This document shows positions 25,901 to 40,900 of a DNA stretch of 64,000 bases, piece by piece. The notes under the pieces were generated by a model. It was not told the DNA's origin. It saw nothing but the letters and a program-made list of their open reading frames with translations, and searched no databases. Every line of letters starts with the position of its first letter. The first letter of the stretch is position 1. The translations under genes and the position numbers were made by a program. The DNA comes from the human T2T-CHM13v2.0 reference genome, Homo sapiens: the NCBI RefSeq assembly GCF_009914755.1, contig NC_060948.1. One strand, given 5' to 3'.

Positions 25901-28900
25901 ATGGAATGGAATTGATAGGAACGGAATGGAAAGGAATGCAATGATTTGGCATGGAATGGAATCGAATGGCATCGAATGGAATGGAATGGAATGCAATGGA
26001 ATGGAATGTATTAGAATGGAATGAACTTTAATGGAATGTACTCGAATGGATTCGACTGGAATGGAATGTTCTGGAAGTGAATGGACTCCAATGGAATGGA
26101 TTCCAAAGGAATGGAATCGTACGGAATGGAATCTAATGGAATGGAATTAAATGGAAATGAATCAAATTGAATAGCACGGAATTGAATTGAATGGAATGGA
26201 ATGCAATGGAATCTAATGAAACGGAAAGGAAAGGAATGGAATGGAATGGAATGGGCTGGAATGGAAAGGAATCGAAACGAATGGAATGGAATCGAACTGA
26301 AGAGACTGGAATGGAATGCACTGGAATGGAAGGGAGTGTAATGGAAGGTTCTCGAAAAAAATGGAATCGAATGGAATGGAATTGAATGGAACGGAATAGA
26401 GTCGAATGGAATTGAATGGAATGGAATGGACTAGAGTGAAATGGAATCGAACCACAAGGAATGGACAGGAATAGAATGGTCTCGAATTGAATGGAATCGT
26501 ATGGAATGGCATCAAACGGAATGGAATGGACAGCCACGGAATGGAATGCACTCGAATGCAATGGAGTCGAAACTAATGGACTGGAATAGAATGGACTCGA
26601 CTGGTACGGACTCCAATGGAATGGATTCGAATGGAAGGGAATCGAACGGAATGGACTCGAAGGGAAAAGACTGCAATGGAAAGGTCTCGAATGGAATGGA
26701 AATTAATGGAATGGAATGGAATCGAATGAAATGGAGTCAAAAGGAATGGAATCGAATGGCAAGAAATCGAATGTAATGGAATCGCAAGGAATTGATGTGA
26801 ACGGAACGGAATGGAATGGAATCCAAAGGAATGGAATAGAATGGAATGGAATCGAATGGAAAGGACTCGAATGGAAATCACTCGAATAGAATGCAATTTA
26901 ATAAAATAGGATCAAATGTAATGGAATGGAATGGAAAGGAATCGAAACGAAAGGAATGGAGACAGATGGAATGGAATGGAACAGAGAGCAATGGTATAGA
27001 ATGGAATGGAATCATCTGGAATGGAATTGAATGGAATGGAATAATATGAAATGGAATGGAATGGAATGGAATGGAATGCCCTTGAATTAAATGGACTGGA
27101 ATGGAATGGACTCGAACAGAGTGGAATGGAAAGTGTTGAGATAGAATGGAATGGACTCCTTTGGAATGGTGTAGTATGCAATGCAATCGACTGGCAGGGA
27201 ATCAAAAGGAATGTAATCGAATGGAATGGACTGGAATGCAATGGACTCGAATAGATTGGAAACGGAATGCAAAGGAATGGAATGGAATAGTATGGAATGG
27301 AATGGAAAGGAATGGAGTGGAATAGACTAGAGTGGAATGGAATGGACTGGAAAGCAATGGACTGGAATGGAACTTTCTTGAATGGACTGGAATCAAACGG
27401 AATGGAATGCAATGCAATCAAATGGCATGGAATAAATTAGAATGAAGAAAATGAAATGGAATTGAATCGAATGGAATCGAATGAATTGGAAAGGAATAGA
27501 ATGGAATGGAATGGAATTGACTCAAATGGAATGGACTAGAATGGAATGGATTCGAATGGAAGGCAAAGGAATGGAATCTATTGGAATGGACTGTAATGGA
27601 ATGGAATGGAAGGGATTGGAATGGACTCGAATGGAATGGACTGCAATAGAAAGGATTCGAATGGAATGAAAAAGAATTGAATGGAATAGAACAGAATGGA
27701 ATCAAATCGAATGAAATGGAATGGAATAGAAAGGAATGGAATGAAATGGAATGGAAAGGATTCGAATGGAATGCAATCGAATGGAATGGAATCGAACGGA
27801 ATGGAATAAAATGGAAGAAAACTGGCAAGAAATGGAATCGAAATGAATGGAGTGTTATGGAACGGACTCAAAAGGAATTGAATGTAATAGAATGGAGTGG
27901 AGTGGACTCGAATATAATGGACTGGAATGGAATGAAATCACATGGAATGGGAACGAATGGAATGGAAAGGAATGGAATCGAATGGAAAGGAATCGAATGG
28001 AAGGGAATGAAATTGAATCAACAGGAATGGAAGGGAATAGAATAGACGGTAATGGAATGGACTCGAATAGAATGGACACGAATGCTCAAATTGAATGGAC
28101 TCGAATGGAATGGAAACGAAAGGAATGTCATCGAATGGAATTGAATCGATTGGAATGAAATCGCATAGAATGGAGTGGAATCAAATGGAATTGAATCGAA
28201 AGGAAAGGAAGCGAATGGACTGAAACGAAATGGAATGGAATTGAATGGAAAGTAATGCAATGGAATAGAATGGAACGAAATTTCACGGAATGGAATCAAA
28301 CTGAATGGAATCAAATCAATGGAATCAAATCAAATGGAACGGAAAGGAATTGAATGGAGTAGATTGGATTGGATGGGATTGGAATGAAATGTACTGGAAA
28401 GGACTCGAATTTCATGAAATGGAATGGAATGAATTGGAACGGAATGGACTCGAATGGAATGGAATGTCATGGAATGGCATCAAATGGAATGGCATCAAAT
28501 GGAATGGAATCGAATGCAATGGAATGCTATGGAATGGAATGGAATGCATTGGAATGGAATGTCCTCTAATGGAATGGATTCGAGTGGAATGGAATCGAAT
28601 ATAATGGAGTCGAATGAAATGGAATTGAAAGGAATGGGATCGAATACAATGGAATATACTGGAATGTAATGTAATGAACTCGAATGTAATTGACTGGAAT
28701 GGAATGTACATGAATGGAATGTAATCGAATGGAAAGTAATCCAATGGAATAGAATCTAATGCAATAAAACCGACTCAGATAGAGTAGAATGTAATGGAAT
28801 GGAGTGCAGTGCAATGGAAGGGAATGGAATTGAATGCAATAGAATGGAATGGAATGGAATGGAATGGAATGGAATGGAATGGGATGGAATGGTATGGAAT

Positions 28901-31900
28901 GGATAGTAATGGACTGGAGTGAAATGGACTGGAAAGGAATGGACTCAAATTGAAAGGGCTCGAAAGGAATGGAGTCAAATGGAATGGTCTGGAATGGAAT
29001 GAACACGAATGTAATGCAATCCAATAGAATGGAATCGAATGGCATGGAATATAAAGAAATGGAATCGAAGAGAATGGAAACAAATGGAATGGAAGTGAGT
29101 GGAATGGAATTGAATGGAATGGGAACGAATGGAGTGAAATTGTATGCAGTAGAAGAGAATAGAATGGAATGCAAGCGAAAGCAAAGGAATGGATTGGAAT
29201 GGAATGGAATTCATTGGAATGGAAGGGAATGTAGTGTAATGGACAGGCCTGGAATAAAGTGGAATGCTACGGTCTCGAATGGAATAAAAATGTATGGAAT
29301 GGAATGCAATGAAACGGAATCGAATGTCATAGAATGTAATGGAATGCAAAAAAATGGAATCCAAAATCATTGACTGGAAAGGCTGGGTGTCGAAAGGAAT
29401 TGACTCCAATGGAATGGAATCGAATGGAATGGAAGTGAATAGAATCGAACTAAATCGAATGGAATGGAATTGATAGGAACGGAATGGAAAGGAATGCAAT
29501 GATTTGGCACGGAATGGAATCGAATGGCATCGAATGGAATGGAATGGAATGCAATGGAATGGAACGTATTAGAATGTAATGAACTTTAATGGAATGTACT
29601 CGAATGGATTCGACTGGAATGGAATGTTGTGGAAGTGAATGGACTCCAATGGAATGGATTCAAAAGGAATGGAATCGTACGGAATGGAATCTAATGGAAT
29701 GGAATTAAATGGAAATGAATCAAATTGAATAGCATGGAATTGAATTGAATGGAATCGAATGCAATGGAATCTAATGAAACGGAAAGGAAAGGAATGGAAT
29801 GGAATGGAATGGGCTGGAATGGAAAGGAATCGAAACGAATGGAATGGAATCGAACTGAAGAGACTGGAATGGAATGCACTGGAATGGAAGGGAGTGTAAT
29901 GGAAGGTTCTCGAAAAAAATGGAATCGAATGGAATGGAATTGAATGCAACGGAATAGAGTCGAATGGAATTGAATGGAATGGAATGGACTAGAGTGAAAT
30001 GGAATCGAACCACAAGGAATGGACAGGAATAGAATGGTCTCGAATTGAATGGAATCGTATGGAATGGCATCAAACGGAATGGAATGGACAGCCACGGAAT
30101 GGAATGCACTCGAATGCAATGGAGTCGAAACTAATGGACTGGAATAGAATGGACTCGACTGGTACGGACTCCAATGGAATGGAATCGAATGGAAGGGAAT
30201 CGAACGGAATGGACTCGAAGGGAAAAGACTGCAATGGAAAGGTCTCGAATGGAATGGAAATAAATGGAATGGAATGGAATCGAATGAAATGGAGTCAAAA
30301 GGAATGGAATCGAATGGCAAGAAATCGAATGTAATGGAATCGCAAGGAATTGATGTGAACGGAACGGAATGGAATGGAATCCAAAGGAATGGAATAGAAT
30401 GGAATGGAATCGAATGGAAAGGACTCGAATGGAAATCACTCGAATAGAATGCAATTTAATAAAATAGGACCAAATGTAATGGAATGGAATGGAAAGGAAT
30501 CGAAACGAAAGGAATGGAGACAGATGGAATGGAATGGAACAGAGAGCAATGGTATAGAGTGGAATGGAATCATCTGGAATGGAATTGAATGGAATGGAAT
30601 AATATGAAATGGAATGGAATGGAATGGAATGGAATGCCCTTGAATTAAATGGACTGGAATGGAATGGACTCGAACAGAGTGGAATGGAAAGTGTTGAGAT
30701 AGAATGGAATGGACTCGTTTGGAATGGTCTAGTAGGCAATGCAATCGACTGGCAGGGAATCAAAAGGAATGTAATCGAATGGATTGGACTGGAATGCAAT
30801 GGACTCGAATAGATTGCAAACGGAATGCAAAGGAATGGAATGGAATAGTATGGAATGGAATGGAAAGGAATGGAGTGGAATAGACTAGAGTGGAATGGAA
30901 TGGACTGGAAAGAAATGGACTGGAATGGAACTTTCTTGAATGGACAGGAATCAAACGGAATGGAATGCAATGCAATCAAATGGCATGGAATAAAATAGAA
31001 TGAAAGAGAATCAAATGGAATTGAATCGAATGGAATCGAATGGATTGGAAAGGAATAGAATGGAATGGAATGGAATTGACTCAAATGGAATGGACTAGAA
31101 TGGAATGGATTCGAATGGAAGGCAAACGAATGGAATCTATTGGAATGGACTGTAATGGAATGGAATGGAAGGGATTGGAATGGACTCGAATGGAATGGAC
31201 TGCAATAGAAAGGATTCGAATGGAATGAAAAAGAATTGAATGGAATAGAACAGAATGGAATCAAATCGAATGAAATGGAATGGAATAGAAAGGAATGGAA
31301 TGAAATGGAATGGAAAGGATTCGAATGGAATGCAATCGAATGGAATGGAATCGAACGGAATGGAATAAAATGGAAGAAAACTGGCAAGAAATGGAATCGA
31401 AATGAATGGAGTGTTATGGAACGGACTCAAAAGGAATTGAATGTAATAGAATGGAGTGGAGTGGACTCGAATATAATGGACTGGAATGGAATGAAATCAC
31501 ATGGAATGGGAACGAATGGAATGGAATGGAAAGGAATGGAATCGAATGGAAAGGAATCGAATAGAAGGGAATGAAATTGAATCAACAGGAATGGAAGGGA
31601 ATAGAATAGACGGTAATGGAATGGACTCGAATTGAATGGACACGAATGCTGAAATTGAATGGACTCGAATGGAATGGAAACGAAAGGAATGTCATCGAAT
31701 GGAATTGAATCGATTGGAATGAAATCGCATAGAATGGAGTGGAATCAAATGGAATTGAATCGAAAGGAAAGGAAGCGAATGGACTGAAACGAAATGGAAT
31801 GGAATTGAATGGAAAGTAATGCAATGGAATAGAATGGAACGAAATTTCACGGAATGGAATCAAACTGAATGGAATCAAATCAATGGAATCTAATCAAATG

Positions 31901-34900
31901 GAATGGAAAGGAACTGAATGGAGTAGATTGGATTGGATGGGATTGGAATGAAATGTACTGGAAAGGACTCGAATTTCATGAAACGGAATGGAATGAATTG
32001 GAACGGAATGGACTCGAATGGAATGGAATGTCATGGAATGGCATCAAATGGAATGGCATCAAATGGAATGGAATCGAATGCAATGGAATGCTATGGAATG
32101 GAATGGAATGCATTGGAATGGAATGTCCTCTAATGGAATGGATTCGAGTGGAATGGCATCGAATATAACGGAGTCGAATGAAATGGAATTGAAAAGAATG
32201 GGATCGAATACAATGGAATATACTGGAATGTAATGTAATGAACTCGAATGTAATTGACTGGAATGGAATGTACATGAATGGAATGTAATCGAATGGAAAG
32301 TAATCCAATGGAATAGAATCTAATGCAATAAAACCGACTCAGATAGAGTAGAATGTAATGGAATGGAGTGCAGTGCAATGGAAGGGAATGGAATTGAATG
32401 CAATAGAATGGAATGGAATGGAATGGAATGGAATGGAATGGAATGGGATGGAATGGTATGGAATGGATAGTAATGGACTGGAGTGAAATGGACTGGAAAG
32501 GAATGGACTCAAATTGAAAGGGCTCGAAAGGAATGGAGTCAAATGGAATGGTCTGGAATGGAATGAACACGAATGTAATGCAATCCAATAGAATGGAATC
32601 GAATGGCATGGAATATAAAGAAATGGAATCGAAGAGAATGGAAACAAATGGAATGGAAGTGAGTGGAATGGAATTGAATGGAATGGGAACGAATGGAGTG
32701 AAATTGTATGCAGTAGAAGAGAATAGAATGGAATGCAAGCGAAAGGAAAGGAATGGATTGGAATGGAATGGAATTCATTGGAATGGAAGGGAATGTAGTG
32801 TAATGGACAGGCCTGGAATAAAGTGGAATGCTACGGTCTCGAATGGAATAAAAATGTATGGAATGGAATGCAATGAAACGGAATCGAATGTCATAGAATG
32901 TAATGGAATGCAAAAAAATGGAATCCAAAATCATTGACTGGAAAGGCTGGGTGTCAAAAGGAATTGACTCCAATGGAATGGAATCGAATGGAATGGAAGT
33001 GAATAGAATCGAACTAAATCGAATGGAATGGAATTGATAGGAACGGAATGGAAAGGAATGCAATGATTTGGCACGGAATGGAATCGAATGGCATCGAATG
33101 GAATGGAATGGAATGCAATGGAATGGAACGTATTAGAATGTAATGAACTTTAATGGAATGTACTCGAATGGATTCGACTGGAATGGAATGTTGTGGAAGT
33201 GAATGGACTCCAATGGAATGGATTCAAAAGGAATGGAATCGTACGGAATGGAATCTAATGGAATGGAATTAAATGGAAATGAATCAAATTGAATAGCATG
33301 GAATTGAATTGAATGGAATCGAATGCAATGGAATCTAATGAAACGGAAAGGAAAGGAATGGAATGGAATGGAATGGGCTGGAATGGAAAGGAATCGAAAC
33401 GAATGGAATGGAATCGAACTGAAGAGACTGGAATGGAATGCACTGGAATGGAAGGGAGTGTAATGGAAGGTTCTCGAAAAAAATGGAATCGAATGGAATG
33501 GAATTGAATGCAACGGAATAGAGTCGAATGGAATTGAATGGAATGGAATGGACTAGAGTGAAATGGAATCGAACCACAAGGAATGGACAGGAATAGAATG
33601 GTCTCGAATTGAATGGAATCGTATGGAATGGCATCAAACGGAATGGAATGGACAGCCACGGAATGGAATGCACTCGAATGCAATGGAGTCGAAACTAATG
33701 GACTGGAATAGAATGGACTCGACTGGTACGGACTCCAATGGAATGGAATCGAATGGAAGGGAATCGAACGGAATGGACTCGAAGGGAAAAGACTGCAATG
33801 GAAAGGTCTCGAATGGAATGGAAATAAATGGAATGGAATGGAATCGAATGAAATGGAGTCAAAAGGAATGGAATCGAATGGCAAGAAATCGAATGTAATG
33901 GAATCGCAAGGAATTGATGTGAACGGAACGGAATGGAATGGAATCCAAAGGAATGGAATAGAATGGAATGGAATCGAATGGAAAGGACTCGAATGGAAAT
34001 CACTCGAATAGAATGCAATTTAATAAAATAGGACCAAATGTAATGGAATGGAATGGAAAGGAATCGAAACGAAAGGAATGGAGACAGATGGAATGGAATG
34101 GAACAGAGAGCAATGGTATAGAGTGGAATGGAATCATCTGGAATGGAATTGAATGGAATGGAATAATATGAAATGGAATGGAATGGAATGGAATGGAATG
34201 CCCTTGAATTAAATGGACTGGAATGGAATGGACTCGAACAGAGTGGAATGGAAAGTGTTGAGATAGAATGGAATGGACTCGTTTGGAATGGTCTAGTAGG
34301 CAATGCAATCGACTGGCAGGGAATCAAAAGGAATGTAATCGAATGGATTGGATTGGAATGCAATGGACTCGAATAGATTGCAAACGGAATGCAAAGGAAT
34401 GGAATGGAATAGTATGGAATGGAATGGAAAGGAATGGAGTGGAATAGACTAGAGTGGAATGGAATGGACTGGAAAGAAATGGACTGGAATGGAACTTTCT
34501 TGAATGGACAGGAATCAAACGGAATGGAATGCAATGCAATCAAATGGCATGGAATAAAATAGAATGAAAGAGAATCAAATGGAATTGAATCGAATGGAAT
34601 CGAATGGATTGGAAAGGAATAGAATGGAATGGAATGGAATTGACTCAAATGGAATGGACTAGAATGGAATGGATTCGAATGGAAGGCAAAGGAATGGAAT
34701 CTATTGGAATGGACTGTAATGGAATGGAATGGAAGGGATTGGAATGGACTCGAATGGAATGGACTGCAATAGAAAGGATTCGAATGGAATGAAAAAGAAT
34801 TGAATGGAATAGAACAGAATGGAATCAAATCGAATGAAATGGAATGGAATAGAAAGGAATGGAATGAAATGGAATGGAAAGGATTCGAATGGAATGCAAT

Positions 34901-37900
34901 CGAATGGAATGGAATCGAACGGAATGGAATAAAATGGAAGAAAACTGGCAAGAAATGGAATCGAAATGAATGGAGTGTTATGGAACGGACTCAAAAGGAA
35001 TTGAATGTAATAGAATGGAGTGGAGTGGACTCGAATATAATGGACTGGAATGGAATGAAATCACATGGAATGGGAACGAATGGAATGGAATGGAAAGGAA
35101 TGGAATCGAATGGAAAGGAATCGAATAGAAGGGAATGAAATTGAATCAACAGGAATGGAAGGGAATAGAATAGACGGTAATGGAATGGACTCGAATTGAA
35201 TGGACACGAATGCTGAAATTGAATGGACTCGAATGGAATGGAAACGAAAGGAATGTCATCGAATGGAATTGAATCGATTGGAATGAAATCGCATAGAATG
35301 GAGTGGAATCAAATGGAATTGAATCGAAAGGAAAGGAAGCGAATGGACTGAAACGAAATGGAATGGAATTGAATGGAAAGTAATGCAATGGAATAGAATG
35401 GAACGAAATTTCACGGAATGGAATCAAACTGAATGGAATCAAATCAATGGAATCTAATCAAATGGAATGGAAAGGAATTGAATGGAGTAGATTGTATTGG
35501 ATGGGATTGGAATGAAATGTACTGGAAAGGACTCGAATTTCATGAAACGGAATGGAATGAATTGGAACGGAATGGACTCGAATGGAATGGAATGTCATGG
35601 AATGGCATCAAATGGAATGGCATCAAATGGAATGGAATCGAATGCAATGGAATGCTATGGAATGGAATGGAATGCATTGGAATGGAATGTCCTCTAATGG
35701 AATGGATTCGAGTGGAATGGAATCGAATATAATGGAGTCGAATGAAATGGAATTGAAAGGAATGGGATCGAATACAATGGAATATACTGGAATGTAATGT
35801 AATGAACTCGAATGTAATTGACTGGAATGGAATGTACATGAATGGAATGTAATCGAATGGAAAGTAATCCAATGGAATAGAATCTAATGCAATAAAATCG
35901 ACTCAGATAGAGTAGCATGTAATGGAATGGAGTGCAGTGCAATGGAATGGAATGGAATGGAATGCAATGGAATGGAATGGAATGGAATGGAATGGAATGG
36001 AATGGAATGGAATGGAATGGGATGGAATGGTATGGAATGGATAGTAATGGACTGCAGTGAAATGGACTGGAAAGGAATGGACTCAAATTGAAAGGGCTCG
36101 AAAGGAATGGAGTCAAATGGAATGGTCTGGAATGGAATGAACACGAATGTAATGCAATCCAATAGAATGGAATCGAATGGCATGGAATATAAAGAAATGG
36201 AATCGGAGAGAATGGAAACAAATGGAATGGAATTGAATGGAATGGAATTGAATGGAATGGGAACGAATGGAGTGAAATTGTATGCAGTAGAAGGGAATAG
36301 AATGGAATGCAAGCAAAAGGAAAGGAATGGATTGGAATGGAATGGAATTCATTGGAATGGAAGGGAATGTAGTGTAATGGACAGGCCTGGAATAAAGTGG
36401 AATGCTACGGTCTCGAATGGAATAAAAATGTATGGAATGGAATGCAATGAAACGGAATCGAATGTCATAGAATGTAATGGAATGCAACAAAATGGAATCC
36501 AATATCATTGACTGGAAAGGCTGGGTGTCGAAAGGAATTGACTCCAATGGAATGGAATCGAATGGAATGGAAGTGAATAGAATCGAACTAAATCGAATGG
36601 AATGGAATTGATAGGAACGGAATGGAAAGGAATGCAATGATTTGGCATGGAATGGAATCGAATGGCATCGAATGGAATGGAATGGAATGCAATGGAATGG
36701 AATGTATTAGAATGGAATGAACTTTAATGGAATGTACTCGAATGGATTCGACTGGAATGGAATGTTCTGGAAGTGAATGGACTCCAATGGAATGGATTCC
36801 AAAGGAATGGAATCGTACGGAATGGAATCTAATGGAATGGAATTAAATGGAAATGAATCAAATTGAATAGCACGGAATTGAATTGAATGGAATGGAATGC
36901 AATGGAATCTAATGAAACGGAAAGGAAAGGAATGGAATGGAATGGAATGGGCTGGAATGGAAAGGAATCGAAACGAATGGAATGGAATCGAACTGAAGAG
37001 ACTGGAATGGAATGCACTGGAATGGAAGGGAGTGTAATGGAAGGTTCTCGAAAAAAATGGAATCGAATGGAATGGAATTGAATGGAACGGAATAGAGTCG
37101 AATGGAATTGAATGGAATGGAATGGACTAGAGTGAAATGGAATCGAACCACAAGGAATGGACAGGAATAGAATGGTCTCGAATTGAATGGAATCGTATGG
37201 AATGGCATCAAACGGAATGGAATGGACAGCCACGGAATGGAATGCACTCGAATGCAATGGAGTCGAAACTAATGGACTGGAATAGAATGGACTCGACTGG
37301 TACGGACTCCAATGGAATGGATTCGAATGGAAGGGAATCGAACGGAATGGACTCGAAGGGAAAAGACTGCAATGGAAAGGTCTCGAATGGAATGGAAATT
37401 AATGGAATGGAATGGAATCGAATGAAATGGAGTCAAAAGGAATGGAATCGAATGGCAAGAAATCGAATGTAATGGAATCGCAAGGAATTGATGTGAACGG
37501 AACGGAATGGAATGGAATCCAAAGGAATGGAATAGAATGGAATGGAATCGAATGGAAAGGACTCGAATGGAAATCACTCGAATAGAATGCAATTTAATAA
37601 AATAGGATCAAATGTAATGGAATGGAATGGAAAGGAATCGAAACGAAAGGAATGGAGACAGATGGAATGGAATGGAACAGAGAGCAATGGTATAGAATGG
37701 AATGGAATCATCTGGAATGGAATTGAATGGAATGGAATAATATGAAATGGAATGGAATGGAATGGAATGGAATGCCCTTGAATTAAATGGACTGGAATGG
37801 AATGGACTCGAACAGAGTGGAATGGAAAGTGTTGAGATAGAATGGAATGGACTCCTTTGGAATGGTGTAGTATGCAATGCAATCGACTGGCAGGGAATCA

Positions 37901-40900
37901 AAAGGAATGTAATCGAATGGAATGGACTGGAATGCAATGGACTCGAATAGATTGGAAACGGAATGCAAAGGAATGGAATGGAATAGTATGGAATGGAATG
38001 GAAAGGAATGGAGTGGAATAGACTAGAGTGGAATGGAATGGACTGGAAAGCAATGGACTGGAATGGAACTTTCTTGAATGGACTGGAATCAAACGGAATG
38101 GAATGCAATGCAATCAAATGGCATGGAATAAATTAGAATGAAGAAAATGAAATGGAATTGAATCGAATGGAATCGAATGGATTGGAAAGGAATAGAATGG
38201 AATGGAATGGAATTGACTCAAATGGAATGGACTAGAATGGAATGGATTCGAATGGAAGGCAAAGGAATGGAATCTATTGGAATGGACTGTAATGGAATGG
38301 AATGGAAGGGATTGGAATGGACTCGAATGGAATGGACTGCAATAGAAAGGATTCGAATGGAATGAAAAAGAATTGAATGGAATAGAACAGAATGGAATCA
38401 AATCGAATGAAATGGAATGGAATAGAAAGGAATGGAATGAAATGGAATGGAAAGGATTCGAATGGAATGCAATCGAATGGAATGGAATCGAACGGAATGG
38501 AATAAAATGGAAGAAAACTGGCAAGAAATGGAATCGAAATGAATGGAGTGTTATGGAACGGACTCAAAAGGAATTGAATGTAATAGAATGGAGTGGAGTG
38601 GACTCGAATATAATGGACTGGAATGGAATGAAATCACATGGAATGGGAACGAATGGAATGGAAAGGAATGGAATCGAATGGAAAGGAATCGAATGGAAGG
38701 GAATGAAATTGAATCAACAGGAATGGAAGGGAATAGAATAGACGGTAATGGAATGGACTCGAATAGAATGGACACGAATGCTCAAATTGAATGGACTCGA
38801 ATGGAATGGAAACGAAAGGAATGTCATCGAATGGAATTGAATCGATTGGAATGAAATCGCATAGAATGGAGTGGAATCAAATGGAATTGAATCGAAAGGA
38901 AAGGAAGCGAATGGACTGAAACGAAATGGAATGGAATTGAATGGAAAGTAATGCAATGGAATAGAATGGAACGAAATTTCACGGAATGGAATCAAACTGA
39001 ATGGAATCAAATCAATGGAATCAAATCAAATGGAACGGAAAGGAATTGAATGGAGTAGATTGGATTGGATGGGATTGGAATGAAATGTACTGGAAAGGAC
39101 TCGAATTTCATGAAATGGAATGGAATGAATTGGAACGGAATGGACTCGAATGGAATGGAATGTCATGGAATGGCATCAAATGGAATGGCATCAAATGGAA
39201 TGGAATCGAATGCAATGGAATGCTATGGAATGGAATGGAATGCATTGGAATGGAATGTCCTCTAATGGAATGGATTCGAGTGGAATGGAATCGAATATAA
39301 TGGAGTCGAATGAAATGGAATTGAAAGGAATGGGATCGAATACAATGGAATATACTGGAATGTAATGTAATGAACTCGAATGTAATTGACTGGAATGGAA
39401 TGTACATGAATGGAATGTAATCGAATGGAAAGTAATCCAATGGAATAGAATCTAATGCAATAAAACCGACTCAGATAGAGTAGAATGTAATGGAATGGAG
39501 TGCAGTGCAATGGAAGGGAATGGAATTGAATGCAATAGAATGGAATGGAATGGAATGGAATGGAATGGAATGGAATGGGATGGAATGGTATGGAATGGAT
39601 AGTAATGGACTGGAGTGAAATGGACTGGAAAGGAATGGACTCAAATTGAAAGGGCTCGAAAGGAATGGAGTCAAATGGAATGGTCTGGAATGGAATGAAC
39701 ACGAATGTAATGCAATCCAATAGAATGGAATCGAATGGCATGGAATATAAAGAAATGGAATCGAAGAGAATGGAAACAAATGGAATGGAAGTGAGTGGAA
39801 TGGAATTGAATGGAATGGGAACGAATGGAGTGAAATTGTATGCAGTAGAAGAGAATAGAATGGAATGCAAGCGAAAGCAAAGGAATGGATTGGAATGGAA
39901 TGGAATTCATTGGAATGGAAGGGAATGTAGTGTAATGGACAGGCCTGGAATAAAGTGGAATGCTACGGTCTCGAATGGAATAAAAATGTATGGAATGGAA
40001 TGCAATGAAACGGAATCGAATGTCATAGAATGTAATGGAATGCAAAAAAATGGAATCCAAAATCATTGACTGGAAAGGCTGGGTGTCGAAAGGAATTGAC
40101 TCCAATGGAATGGAATCGAATGGAATGGAAGTGAATAGAATCGAACTAAATCGAATGGAATGGAATTGATAGGAACGGAATGGAAAGGAATGCAATGATT
40201 TGGCACGGAATGGAATCGAATGGCATCGAATGGAATGGAATGGAATGCAATGGAATGGAACGTATTAGAATGTAATGAACTTTAATGGAATGTACTCGAA
40301 TGGATTCGACTGGAATGGAATGTTGTGGAAGTGAATGGACTCCAATGGAATGGATTCAAAAGGAATGGAATCGTACGGAATGGAATCTAATGGAATGGAA
40401 TTAAATGGAAATGAATCAAATTGAATAGCATGGAATTGAATTGAATGGAATCGAATGCAATGGAATCTAATGAAACGGAAAGGAAAGGAATGGAATGGAA
40501 TGGAATGGGCTGGAATGGAAAGGAATCGAAACGAATGGAATGGAATCGAACTGAAGAGACTGGAATGGAATGCACTGGAATGGAAGGGAGTGTAATGGAA
40601 GGTTCTCGAAAAAAATGGAATCGAATGGAATGGAATTGAATGCAACGGAATAGAGTCGAATGGAATTGAATGGAATGGAATGGACTAGAGTGAAATGGAA
40701 TCGAACCACAAGGAATGGACAGGAATAGAATGGTCTCGAATTGAATGGAATCGTATGGAATGGCATCAAACGGAATGGAATGGACAGCCACGGAATGGAA
40801 TGCACTCGAATGCAATGGAGTCGAAACTAATGGACTGGAATAGAATGGACTCGACTGGTACGGACTCCAATGGAATGGAATCGAATGGAAGGGAATCGAA

